Shown: positions 47,440 to 55,798, numbered from the stretch's first letter. The stretch: DNA of 64,000 nt from Minisyncoccia bacterium (GCA_049317285.1 JBMOIO010000003.1:25003-89002); one strand, 5' to 3'. Numbers and translations: made by a program. The notes: generated by a model from the sequence alone, not told the origin.

Positions 47440-48937
47440 AAAAATACTTATTATTGGAGCGGGGATAGGAGGGCTTGCCTTGGCGGGAATGCTGGGTAAA
47501 AAGGGGCACCAGGTTACTATCGTAGAGAAAAACGACGCTTCAGGCGGACGCGCCCGTATTTGGGAGAAAGACGGTTTTATGTTTGATATGGGTCCGAGCT
47601 GGTACATGATGCCAGACGTATTTGACCACTTCTTTTCCGTGGTAGGCGAACATCGAGAAGACTACTACAGCCTCGCGCGCCTCGCGCCGTCATACCGTGT
47701 CTTTTTGAAAAACAAGGGCGAGCAATATGATTTTTTTTCTGATCCAGAAAAAATACAGGCACTCTTTGAGTCTTTGGAAGTGGGAGCCGAAAAAAAACTC
47801 GAGCGCTTTCTCGCCGACACAAAAGAGCAGTATGAAATCGCGCACGGCGAATTTATGTACAAAAACTACAATTCTTTCTTTGATTTCATCAACTTTAAAA
47901 CAATGAAAATCGGTGCGCGTCTGCCGATATTCAAAAAACAAAAAGCTATCATTGAGGGGCTGTTTAAAAACGAACTGATCCGCAAAGTCATGCAGTACCA
48001 AACAATTCTCTTGGGAACTGCACCTGGCGACACGCCTGGCATTTACAGCATGATGAACTATGTCGACTTCGAAGGCGGTGTATGGTATCCGTCAAAAGGA
48101 ATCCGCGCGATTCCAGAAGCACTGACAGCTATTGCACTAAAGCACGGCGCAGAAATCAAATACAGCGCACCGGTGCAGGAGATTGTTGTAGAGGACGGAA
48201 AGGCAACCGGAGTAATTCTCTCTTCAGGAGAGACCCTTTCTGCAGATATTGTCGTCTCAAACGCAGATATTTGGCATACAGATACCGCGCTTTTAAAAGA
48301 GCACCGCATCTATAGCGAGAAATACTGGGACACCCGCGTCTTGGCGCCGAGCGCCTTTATTCTCTATCTCGGCGTAAAAGGAAAGCTCCCTCAACTTGAT
48401 CACCACAATCTGTTGTTTTCAAAAGATTGGAACAAAAATTTTAAAGAGATTTTTGGAAAAGAACCAGTGTGGCCTACAGAACCATCACTCTATATCTGCA
48501 TGCCTTCAAAAACAGACGCGACTGTTGCCCCCGAAGGTGATGAAAATCTTTTTGTTCTTGTTCCTATTCCTCCCGGACTATCGTACACCGACGAGTTCCA
48601 GGCACAGTATGAAGAATTTATACTAAAGGAAATCCAGACAAATATGGATATCCCTGACCTCAAAGAGCGAATCGTCGTGAAGCGCACCTACTCCATCAAA
48701 GAATTCAAGTCTGACTACAACGCACACAAAGGAACAGCCCTCGGCCTTGCTCACACTCTCATGCAGACAGCGATCTTCCGCCCGAATAATATTCATCCAA
48801 AAATACCAAACCTTTTGTATGTAGGAGCAGGGACAAACCCCGGGATCGGTATGCCGATTTGTCTTATCTCAGCCGAGCTTGCGTACAAGCGCATAGAGGG
48901 TATCACGCACCCGCATCCGCTCGATCCTATTGTTTAA
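47432..48937 (+). CDS. crtI: phytoene desaturase family (CrtI/CrtN-like FAD-dependent)
   Basis: KKILIIGAGIGGLALAGML...VEKNDASGGRARIWEKDGFMFDMGPSW N-terminal FAD-binding motif of CrtI. The start overlaps the crtB stop by 8 nt. Confidence 0.75.
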   Translation: MSKKILIIGAGIGGLALAGMLGKKGHQVTIVEKNDASGGRARIWEKDGFMFDMGPSWYMMPDVFDHFFSVVGEHREDYYSLARLAPSYRVFLKNKGEQYDFFSDPEKIQALFESLEVGAEKKLERFLADTKEQYEIAHGEFMYKNYNSFFDFINFKTMKIGARLPIFKKQKAIIEGLFKNELIRKVMQYQTILLGTAPGDTPGIYSMMNYVDFEGGVWYPSKGIRAIPEALTAIALKHGAEIKYSAPVQEIVVEDGKATGVILSSGETLSADIVVSNADIWHTDTALLKEHRIYSEKYWDTRVLAPSAFILYLGVKGKLPQLDHHNLLFSKDWNKNFKEIFGKEPVWPTEPSLYICMPSKTDATVAPEGDENLFVLVPIPPGLSYTDEFQAQYEEFILKEIQTNMDIPDLKERIVVKRTYSIKEFKSDYNAHKGTALGLAHTLMQTAIFRPNNIHPKIPNLLYVGAGTNPGIGMPICLISAELAYKRIEGITHPHPLDPIV

Positions 48938-49779
48938 AAGACAAGCTGTGCAATCAATTCAAGAGAGACACTCGCGCCGACAAGCGTGTTTACTGTCGGG
49001 AAGTAGGTATACAGTCGAAAGAGCTCTGCTTCAGTTGTCGCTTTTAGTGAGCGCCACATCAAGTACGAATACACAACTCCTCCAATGAGCGTAGAAAAAG
49101 GAAGAAGCTCTTTTGCCACGAACCCTGCGAGAAGGTACAGGAACCAACAGACAAGTATCGTTTTATGTTTTCCCACCAGTATCGCAATAGTTTGCAAACC
49201 AGCTTTTGCATCCGCTGTAATATCAGGAACAGCGCTGTATGCGTGCATCGCCACCGCCCAGAGCATCCCGGCGATAACCCCGATAAGAGGGAAGTGTGTT
49301 CCTCCGACAAGGTAGTAGCCGAAGACTCCTGTTGCAACATAATGCGCGGCAGAAAAAAGCGAGTCAAATAAGGGGAGTGCTTTAGCACGAATAGGTGGTG
49401 CAGAATAAAAAACAGCAAAAAAGAGAAACGCTCCAAAACTCAATAAAAGCGGTGCGGTAATCGGTACAAAAAATAAAAAGGGAAGTGTGCTTCCTATGAT
49501 CCACAACCACACTGCCCGGCGCCTATGCGGAGGGAGCAGTCCTTCATATTCCGTTTTCTTTTGATTGAACTTGTCGGTTTCGTAGTCAAAAATATCATTG
49601 ATACCGTAAATCAAAATATTGGCAGGAATAAGAAAATAGAAAAAGAAAATCCAAAAATGAGGGGTCGAAAGAAAGAGCGTGTTTTCAGCGCCGGCAACTG
49701 CACCCACCAACCCAAATGTTGCCGCTTCATAAAGCCAAAAGCGCGGGCGGCTTATCCTGATGATTTCCTTAATACTCAT
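48934..49779 (-). CDS. UbiA-family prenyltransferase (possible lycopene elongase / carotenoid prenyltransferase)
   Basis: About 8 TM helices. NDIFDYETDK (NDxxDxxxD) motif. Convergent with crtI, and the stops overlap. Confidence 0.7.
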   Translation of the reverse strand: MSIKEIIRISRPRFWLYEAATFGLVGAVAGAENTLFLSTPHFWIFFFYFLIPANILIYGINDIFDYETDKFNQKKTEYEGLLPPHRRRAVWLWIIGSTLPFLFFVPITAPLLLSFGAFLFFAVFYSAPPIRAKALPLFDSLFSAAHYVATGVFGYYLVGGTHFPLIGVIAGMLWAVAMHAYSAVPDITADAKAGLQTIAILVGKHKTILVCWFLYLLAGFVAKELLPFSTLIGGVVYSYLMWRSLKATTEAELFRLYTYFPTVNTLVGASVSLELIAQLVF

Positions 49780-49820
49780 AGGGTCTAGTATAGCGCACTC
49801 TACAATATTTTATTGAGGGC

Positions 49821-50072
49821 TTATTTCGCACGGTTTCGAAGTGCCTGCTTGTCTTTCATCAATGCATGGCGGGCCGAAAGTTTAGTGGCTTTATCTTTTC
49901 GCTCAAGAAAGGTGTGTATTGTCTTTTGCACCAACGCCTTAAACTCAGGTTCCTTTTTATAGTACTGATACAAGCTAGAACGGCTGATATGCGAGCGGTC
50001 GCAGGCATGCCTGATATTCCATCCGGCTTTGAGGTTTTTGATTAAGAGGACTCTGTTTTCAGGAGGAATCAT
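49821..50072 (-). CDS. orphan helix-turn-helix protein (transposase / terminase-small-subunit-like N-terminal HTH)
   Basis: LIKNLKAGWNIRHACDRSHISRSSLYQYYKK matches an HTH pattern. No catalytic domain follows. Lies at the border of the AT-rich island. Confidence 0.45.
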   Translation of the reverse strand: MIPPENRVLLIKNLKAGWNIRHACDRSHISRSSLYQYYKKEPEFKALVQKTIHTFLERKDKATKLSARHALMKDKQALRNRAK

Positions 50073-50269
50073 ATAGGGGAAGTATATCAAAAAAGCTCCC
50101 AACTGAAGCTGTGTTTAAAGAAAGTATTGTTATTTAGTTATAGAGTATATATACGTCGTGAAAGATATATTGTGCGACGTGGTGTCGTAAACGACATAGC
50201 GCTGATAAAGCGCGTTTTCTTCACTCTTCCCCTACATACAACTATGCTTTAGTCATCATCAACAGTAAC

Positions 50270-50644
50270 TTAAATTTCCAAGAAGAGTCTTAAGTTATCA
50301 ATTGGAATAAATTTTGTTACATAACAATCTAAGCCTATATCATTTGTTGGTTCTGAAAAAAATATTGGCTTACCTTTTGCTATTGCATAACCTAGCTCAA
50401 GTTTACAGCTTGTTCCCATATAACCTTGAGGTGTAATCAAATAAACTACATCTGCCCTATCAATAGCTTCATAGTGTTCGATTGCAAGCCTTTTCTTTTC
50501 TTCAATCGTGTTAGCATCATCCTTGTTATCAGTGCTGTAGTCTAGATTTGGAAAAATTGGTTCTAGTCCAAGAGCTTCTAGCTTTGAGATTGTCTTCCGA
50601 ACTAAATCACGATATTTCATGCTACATCCTAATACTATTTTCAT
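50270..50644 (-). CDS. nucleoside 2-deoxyribosyltransferase-like (NDT/DUF4406-like) protein
   Basis: DRADVVYLITPQGYMGTSCKLELGYAIAKGKPIFF fits the NDT-like pattern D..D.V..L..GW..S.G...E...A...GKP. 124 aa, AT-rich. Confidence 0.55.
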   Translation of the reverse strand: MKIVLGCSMKYRDLVRKTISKLEALGLEPIFPNLDYSTDNKDDANTIEEKKRLAIEHYEAIDRADVVYLITPQGYMGTSCKLELGYAIAKGKPIFFSEPTNDIGLDCYVTKFIPIDNLRLFLEI

Positions 50645-50990
50645 AAGTGTATTTTATCACATCTTGTCGCCAATGATCTATACGCACATAGTTTCTATGA
50701 CGAAAGAACCAGTCGAACTGCTTATTGTACGACGTTACCTATTTTTCTCCTTTACAATAAAGCCCTATTCCCCTGGGGGTAAAATAGAGAGAGTGTTCAA
50801 TGATTGAGCTATCAAAATAATTAGTACCGCAATTAGGTAATTAATTCATTGCGTAGAGCCGGAGCGGAAGAGTGTGCTTAGAAGAATTGTTTAAGGTAAT
50901 AGAAAAGAGGTATCTACCCAATACCCCCTTTCCTATACTTCCCTGCTATTTTTGATTTTAGACTCAGAAAGATACCAAACTCTATAATTA

Positions 50991-51431
50991 TTAATTAGTA
51001 GACATTGGCCTGATTAAGAAGGCTAAACTTTTTGAAACCCTATCCTTTATAATTTCCTCATTTACTCTTCCTTTGGTTGCTGCGACTCTTTTTGCTTGAT
51101 ATTTAACTCCATTAGGATAAATCATATAGTGGTCGTTAACAACTATAAATAGATAAACTCCTATAACAGCACTTCTTTTATTACCATCTTCAAGTTCATG
51201 CCTTTTGGCAATTTTATAAAGTATCCTTGCTGCGACCTCATGTAGAGTACAGTCATTTTCATAACTAGAGGTATGCCTTACATAATCAATACATTCTGAA
51301 ACTACAGTGAACCATCGTGCGTCTGTGCGGGGTAAATATTTATTAATTGTATATTTTCCTTCCCTTAAGACTTGTACGAAGAGTTCGATATCTTCCTTTT
51401 CAGGATAAACAAAGTTAGTGGTTTTAGCCAT
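50991..51431 (-). CDS. Fic/Doc-family toxin (Doc-like)
   Basis: HELEDGNKRSAV matches the Doc/Fic core H-x-F-x-(D/E)-G-N-K-R. The start overlaps the stop of an upstream small ORF (TAATG-type coupling). Confidence 0.7.
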   Translation of the reverse strand: MAKTTNFVYPEKEDIELFVQVLREGKYTINKYLPRTDARWFTVVSECIDYVRHTSSYENDCTLHEVAARILYKIAKRHELEDGNKRSAVIGVYLFIVVNDHYMIYPNGVKYQAKRVAATKGRVNEEIIKDRVSKSLAFLIRPMSTN

Positions 51432-51588
51432 TAGAAAGTTCGCGCATTACTGTTTCAAAACGCGTTGCAAAATCCTTGGCACTTTTTTCTATATTGCGCT
51501 TTTTTGCTATTTTCTTCTCAAGCTCCTTTCGTTGTGTTCGAGCGTTAAGAATCTTAGAAACAATTGCTGTAATTCCCTTCTTTTCCAT
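51424..51588 (-). CDS. putative antitoxin partner of Doc (54 aa, not Phd-like)
   Basis: Manually translated MEKKGITAIVSKILNARTQRKELEKKIAKKRNIEKSAKDFATRFETVMRELSNG. Its stop overlaps the Doc ATG by 8 nt. An upstream TATAAT lies 6 nt before its ATG. Confidence 0.45.
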   Translation of the reverse strand: MEKKGITAIVSKILNARTQRKELEKKIAKKRNIEKSAKDFATRFETVMRELSNG

Positions 51589-51885
51589 ATTTTAATTATA
51601 TACCATACCGCCAGTGCTAGCACCACCCCCTCTAAAATGCTAAGGAGAAATGGGACGATCGTTCACATTCGAGAAAAGATTTTATTTCACTGCGATCATA
51701 CAGCGCCTAGAGATCCTTATACACAAGTCTCTCTGAACACAAGTCTTTACAAGAAAATTTTTTTATATCACTGCGTCAAAATAACTTCTAAAAATTTAAA
51801 TAGCTACCCAATTCAATTTATAATTGAAAAGACCTTACAAGTTTTTTTGTTTTTGGCTCCTTTCTTTTTAAACAAAAATGCGTAA

Positions 51886-52071
51886 GTGTCTGGTCGAACA
51901 ATGTTATTAGACCAAGTGAGTACCGATCTTATGGTAAATACACCTAAGACTTCGCTCCGTGGTCGAGATTCTGAAACAGGACAATTCACTACTGTTAAAG
52001 AAGCTCGCAACGAACCGAAGACTCACACTGTAGAACGAGTGCCTAAACCAGGCTTCGGCGATACTAAATAG
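51886..52071 (+). CDS. small hypothetical protein
   Basis: 61-aa ORF with its own terminator. TGQFTTVKEARNEPKTHTVERV. No motif recognised. Confidence 0.3.
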   Translation: MSGRTMLLDQVSTDLMVNTPKTSLRGRDSETGQFTTVKEARNEPKTHTVERVPKPGFGDTK

Positions 52072-52087
52072 TATCTCTACAGGGCAT

Positions 52088-52125
52088 CAGACCTACACGA
52101 GTTGTAGGTCTTTTGTTTTCACCTC
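52088..52125 (+). terminator. rho-independent terminator
   Basis: gacctaca/tgtaggtc stem, loop cgagtt, then T-run. Confidence 0.7.
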
Positions 52126-52180
52126 CCTCCCACAGCATTCTGAAGAATGATATATCTTGCTATTTATATAGTACAATTCC

Positions 52181-53134
52181 CTACTCCCCACCTTGATACT
52201 GTGCGAGGCATTTGTTGAATGCGACAACTTGTTTGTTGTAGCGCGCGATTGCGGACTGGGATACTGCAAGCTGTGCGTTGTACTCGGCAACGAGCGCGTT
52301 GAAGGTAGCGACCTTTTCCTGATACTCACTGTCGTTTTGCTCCATAGCCCCAAGCTCAGCGCGAAGCGTATTAATCTTCTTTTCTTTTGCCTTTAGTGAT
52401 GTATTCAGTGCATCAATCTCCGACTTTAGTTTTTGGTCCACTATAGGACACGCACCGCGCGCAGTACCAAAGTGCTGGACAGCAAACCACACCTTTCGGC
52501 CTTGATATTGCCCCTGCGCTGCATAAATGCCGATTTCAAGATAGCTCTCACTGACAATATTTGCACGGTGCCCCGGACTATCCATCCATGCCTGCAAAAG
52601 ATCGTTTGCACCGGAGAAATTTCCGAGCGCGAGGTTTTCTCCCATGATCACATAGTCATATCCCACCTGTGTCCCCAAGTCCGAGACGGAAACACCCTGT
52701 GGCGAGACATGTTCGAAATACCCCTGCTTAATCATGTCATCGGTTTTTAGTTTTGCAGAGGCAGCGAGCTTTGTATTTGTCAAAAGCGGGGGCAAGCCAA
52801 GCTTGATGCGCTCCCTATTTGTCGCGTCGACAATATTGGCGGCAGTGAGCGAGTCGTCGTTTTTTGGTGCAGTTTCTTTCTTTGGAGAAATAACATCAAT
52901 CACGACTTGTGCTGCACTCCCAATCGTACTGAGCGGTGCAGCATCTTGAATCGGATCCTTTATTTCTTCCTGAGGCTTTGTCTCTGAATTAATCGACGGG
53001 AGATAACTTGAAAAACTACTTGCTCCAGAGAGAATCGTTTCAGCAACGTCCCTCACCTGAGTCGGCAAAAGAATGGCAAGCATGAGTAGCCCCGTGAGTC
53101 CCATAATACATACTGAAAGGATTGATCTTAACAT
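52181..53134 (-). CDS. CAP/SCP (PR-1/YkwD-like) domain secreted protein with C-terminal coiled coil
   Basis: N-terminal TM/signal. GENLALGNFSGANDLLQAWMDSPGHRANIVSESYLEIGIYAAQ is the CAP-domain signature. Confidence 0.7.
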   Translation of the reverse strand: MLRSILSVCIMGLTGLLMLAILLPTQVRDVAETILSGASSFSSYLPSINSETKPQEEIKDPIQDAAPLSTIGSAAQVVIDVISPKKETAPKNDDSLTAANIVDATNRERIKLGLPPLLTNTKLAASAKLKTDDMIKQGYFEHVSPQGVSVSDLGTQVGYDYVIMGENLALGNFSGANDLLQAWMDSPGHRANIVSESYLEIGIYAAQGQYQGRKVWFAVQHFGTARGACPIVDQKLKSEIDALNTSLKAKEKKINTLRAELGAMEQNDSEYQEKVATFNALVAEYNAQLAVSQSAIARYNKQVVAFNKCLAQYQGGE

Positions 53135-53493
53135 GATGATATTCGCGTATACCCTTGGAGCTGTGCGTCTTCGGCATCCTTAAACCAAATATAGTTCTCG
53201 GGCTTGATGCGACTGACCCCGGAGCAATTCGGAGGGTAGTATTTTGTGCCGTTTTTTGAGCCGACAAATGCGCCAGTTGTGGGCTTTTCGCTCTCCATTG
53301 TTATAGCATTCTGGGAGAGTCGCGCAACCGGTATCGTGAGCTCTGAGAGGACGTCTGGGGTACACGAAAGCACTACCGATGGAGTCTGCTGCTGTTTTCC
53401 TGTCAAAAAGCCCATAAAAAAGGCCAGTGTCAGCATGCCAATGAGAAGTATGGTGAAAAGCGTGCGATAGTGCCGAATCAGGAAATTGCTCAC
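53128..53493 (-). CDS. membrane-anchored protein with Ada-N-terminal-like domain (Cys ligands degenerate)
   Basis: [19 protein letters not shown]...[23 protein letters not shown] parallels the Ada metal-binding domain pattern but has only 2 of the 4 Cys. The stop overlaps the start of the CAP gene. Confidence 0.35.
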   Translation of the reverse strand: MSNFLIRHYRTLFTILLIGMLTLAFFMGFLTGKQQQTPSVVLSCTPDVLSELTIPVARLSQNAITMESEKPTTGAFVGSKNGTKYYPPNCSGVSRIKPENYIWFKDAEDAQLQGYTRISSC

Positions 53494-53524
53494 TATTCCC
53501 TAGTATATCCTACTCTCTCCGGGA

Positions 53525-53553
53525 TTGACATTTCGGGGGCCTCGGGCTATCAT
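53525..53553 (+). promoter_or_regulatory. sigma70 promoter TTGACA-17-TATCAT for rpmA (likely leaderless)
   Basis: TTGACA at 53525-53530 and TATCAT at 53548-53553. The ATG lies at 53563, 9 nt after the -10. Confidence 0.45.
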
Positions 53554-53562
53554 GTACCCACT

Positions 53563-53847
53563 ATGGCACATAAGAAAGCCCAAGGAGCGGCAAAAAACCT
53601 AAACGATTCCAACCCACAATATCTGGGTACAAAACTCTACGACGGCCAGGTAGCAAAGGCTGGTTCTGTTATCGTGCGTCAGCGCGGTACTAAAATCATG
53701 GCCGGAAAGGATGTTGGCCTTGGAAAAGACCACACTCTCTACGCTCTGAAGCCTGGATTTGTGAAATTCACCAACAAGCGCAAAGACAACTTCGACGGTA
53801 CAACTACCGTTCGCAAGATGGCAAACATTCTCGCAGAACGCGCATAA
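53563..53847 (+). CDS. rpmA: 50S ribosomal protein L27
   Basis: [12 protein letters not shown]...[32 protein letters not shown] is canonical L27. Confidence 0.85.
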   Translation: MAHKKAQGAAKNLNDSNPQYLGTKLYDGQVAKAGSVIVRQRGTKIMAGKDVGLGKDHTLYALKPGFVKFTNKRKDNFDGTTTVRKMANILAERA

Positions 53848-53849
53848 TA

Positions 53850-53878
53850 AAAAACTCCCTACGGGGAGTTTTTTATTT
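53850..53878. terminator. bidirectional terminator (rpmA / pilin operon)
   Basis: actccc/gggagt stem flanked by A6 and T6. Confidence 0.7.
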
Positions 53879-54358
53879 CTAATCTACTAGGTCATCAAAA
53901 TTTACTCGAATACAGCTCCATCCGCCCGGCTCATAGCAACTGAGGTCATTGTTGGGCTTTGTTTCGTAGTGGAAAAGCAGTCGGTATCCATGGGCATTCT
54001 TTTCGTGGCGGTACTGCAAAGAGCAATTATAGCTCATATCATTGGGGTAGTCCGAAAGAAACCCTTCATCAACCAATGGCTTCATGAAGGTATTACTGGT
54101 TAATGAAGACCCTCTGAAGCCGGCGCAGTCTATCCCCCATGCAGTCTGCTCCCAGAGAACATATTGCCCGTATTTATCATAATAAAGTTCGAGAGCTGTT
54201 TCAACAGCCTTCATTTCTGCAATCTTCTTTGCATCACGCGCTTTTGCACGAGCACTATTAAGTGATGCCAAAACAACAGATGCCAAAATGCCGATGACTG
54301 CAATCACTACGAGGAGTTCTATAAGAGTGAAGCCTTTTCGTCTCTGTTTGTTGCACAT
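53879..54358 (-). CDS. type IV pilin / pseudopilin (prepilin N-terminal methylation motif)
   Basis: KGFTLIELLVVIAVIGILASVVLASLNSARAK is the class III signal peptide plus hydrophobic helix. Confidence 0.75.
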   Translation of the reverse strand: MCNKQRRKGFTLIELLVVIAVIGILASVVLASLNSARAKARDAKKIAEMKAVETALELYYDKYGQYVLWEQTAWGIDCAGFRGSSLTSNTFMKPLVDEGFLSDYPNDMSYNCSLQYRHEKNAHGYRLLFHYETKPNNDLSCYEPGGWSCIRVNFDDLVD

Positions 54359-54360
54359 AA

Positions 54361-54828
54361 TTAATTGACTGCAGTTGTATTTTGCTTAATGCAGTTCCAT
54401 CCCCCTAAAGCATAGCATGTCAGATCATTGTTGGGTTTTGTTTCGTACTGAAAGATAAGTCGATATCCTTGGCCAAAATTTGCATCCCGGTACTGCATGA
54501 TACAGTCCACAGGCTTTGGGTCCATCAACGGCTTTCCGAGAAATCCTTCGTCCACCAATGGCTTCATGAAGGTGTCAGTTCCAACCAAAATACCGTTCCA
54601 ACTAGAGCAGTCGCGCCCTCCTACTGTCGTGTACACAGGATAGTACCCGTATTTATCGTAATACAATTCGAGCGCAGTAGCTACTTGTTTGATATCTGCC
54701 AATCGCCGTGCATCACGCGCCTTTGCCCGGGCTGAGTTTAAAGACGCCATAACTACTGAAGCGAGAATACCGATAACTGCGATGACGACAAGGAGTTCTA
54801 TTAACGTAAAACCCTTTTTATAATTCAT
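54361..54828 (-). CDS. type IV pilin paralog
   Basis: MNYKKGFTLIELLVVIAVIGILASVVMASLNSARAK. Confidence 0.8.
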   Translation of the reverse strand: MNYKKGFTLIELLVVIAVIGILASVVMASLNSARAKARDARRLADIKQVATALELYYDKYGYYPVYTTVGGRDCSSWNGILVGTDTFMKPLVDEGFLGKPLMDPKPVDCIMQYRDANFGQGYRLIFQYETKPNNDLTCYALGGWNCIKQNTTAVN

Positions 54829-55338
54829 TTAGTTAATATATAAAACACACTCTACATAATTAGACTCCACAGCCCACACTTTTCCCCCACTGCATGAAGT
54901 GCTTGTTAACGGGGGCTCTGTTGCCCAGTTCAACAAGTGCCCAGCCGGTGCAGGAGAACCATCATAGGGCGTAGTACCTCCGGGGAAATTAAGGAAATAC
55001 AAATAGCCTCCCCGAGCCCGCCCTCCAACAGGGTCGCTTGGCCATGTCGGCATATACGGAGCAAGCCACGCATCAACCGTCGCATTTCTTGCATAGTTGC
55101 TCCATGATTCGTAGCACGTTGCGCTGATACAATGCTCTGCGGCTACAGAAGGAACCGTCCCCGTGTCATTAATTGCCATTTGAAACGCAAGCATTATTTG
55201 TTTTACATCGCTTGCCCGGCGAGCATTGCGCCCCTTCGCTCGCGCTGAATTCAATGAAGCAAGAACGACACTTGCGAGAATGCCAATGACTGCGATGACT
55301 ACGAGGAGTTCAATGAGGGTGAAGCCGCGGTTTTTCAT
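54829..55338 (-). CDS. type IV pilin paralog
   Basis: MKNRGFTLIELLVVIAVIGILASVVLASLNSARAK. Pro/Gly-rich C-terminal half. Confidence 0.8.
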   Translation of the reverse strand: MKNRGFTLIELLVVIAVIGILASVVLASLNSARAKGRNARRASDVKQIMLAFQMAINDTGTVPSVAAEHCISATCYESWSNYARNATVDAWLAPYMPTWPSDPVGGRARGGYLYFLNFPGGTTPYDGSPAPAGHLLNWATEPPLTSTSCSGGKVWAVESNYVECVLYIN

Positions 55339-55339
55339 A

Positions 55340-55786
55340 CTACTCCCCTACTATGCTTACTGAAAATGATGATTTATATTTCCCATCCGTAACCGTGACA
55401 GTATACGTGCCCGCATGTTTGATTGGGGCGCCCTCGAGTGTCATGAGCTTTGCATCCACTGCAATGCGGTACTGCTTCAAAAGCTCCGCACTAATATCCT
55501 CGACATCCACTTTTGAAAAAAGACTCCCCTTTTCATTTGCTTTTGCCTTGTACACCAGCGCCTTACCCTCTAGCTCGCCAATGGCGCGGTCAAGCAAATT
55601 GTGCTGAATTTCTTTCTCGGCAACCTTATGCTGAGTACGAGCCTTGCTATTAGCGATAGCAGCATCAGTTGCAGGGATTGCAAGCTTATTGGGAAACAGC
55701 GCATTGGCCGCATAGCCCTGGTTTACTTCGACAACATCGTCTTTTTTTCCGAGTTTTGAAACAGTTTTGAGGAGGATTACTTTCAT
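55340..55786 (-). CDS. rplI: 50S ribosomal protein L9
   Basis: MKVILLKTVSKLGKKDDVVEV..GYAANALFP is the L9 N-domain. C-domain present. Confidence 0.85.
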   Translation of the reverse strand: MKVILLKTVSKLGKKDDVVEVNQGYAANALFPNKLAIPATDAAIANSKARTQHKVAEKEIQHNLLDRAIGELEGKALVYKAKANEKGSLFSKVDVEDISAELLKQYRIAVDAKLMTLEGAPIKHAGTYTVTVTDGKYKSSFSVSIVGE

Positions 55787-55798
55787 AGCGATACTGTA

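Noticed and set aside
51418-51885. 155-aa plus-strand ORF across the Doc-partner region
   Set aside because: It is antisense to the coupled Doc-module ORFs. The sequence is AT-rich and low-complexity (K/F/L/I-rich), with no start context.
53879-55338. Three near-identical ~105-nt segments at the pilin 5' ends, as a possible CRISPR-like or tandem repeat
   Set aside because: These are the conserved prepilin leader and N-terminal helix coding regions of three paralogous genes. They differ at synonymous positions and are spaced by whole genes, so they do not form a repeat array.
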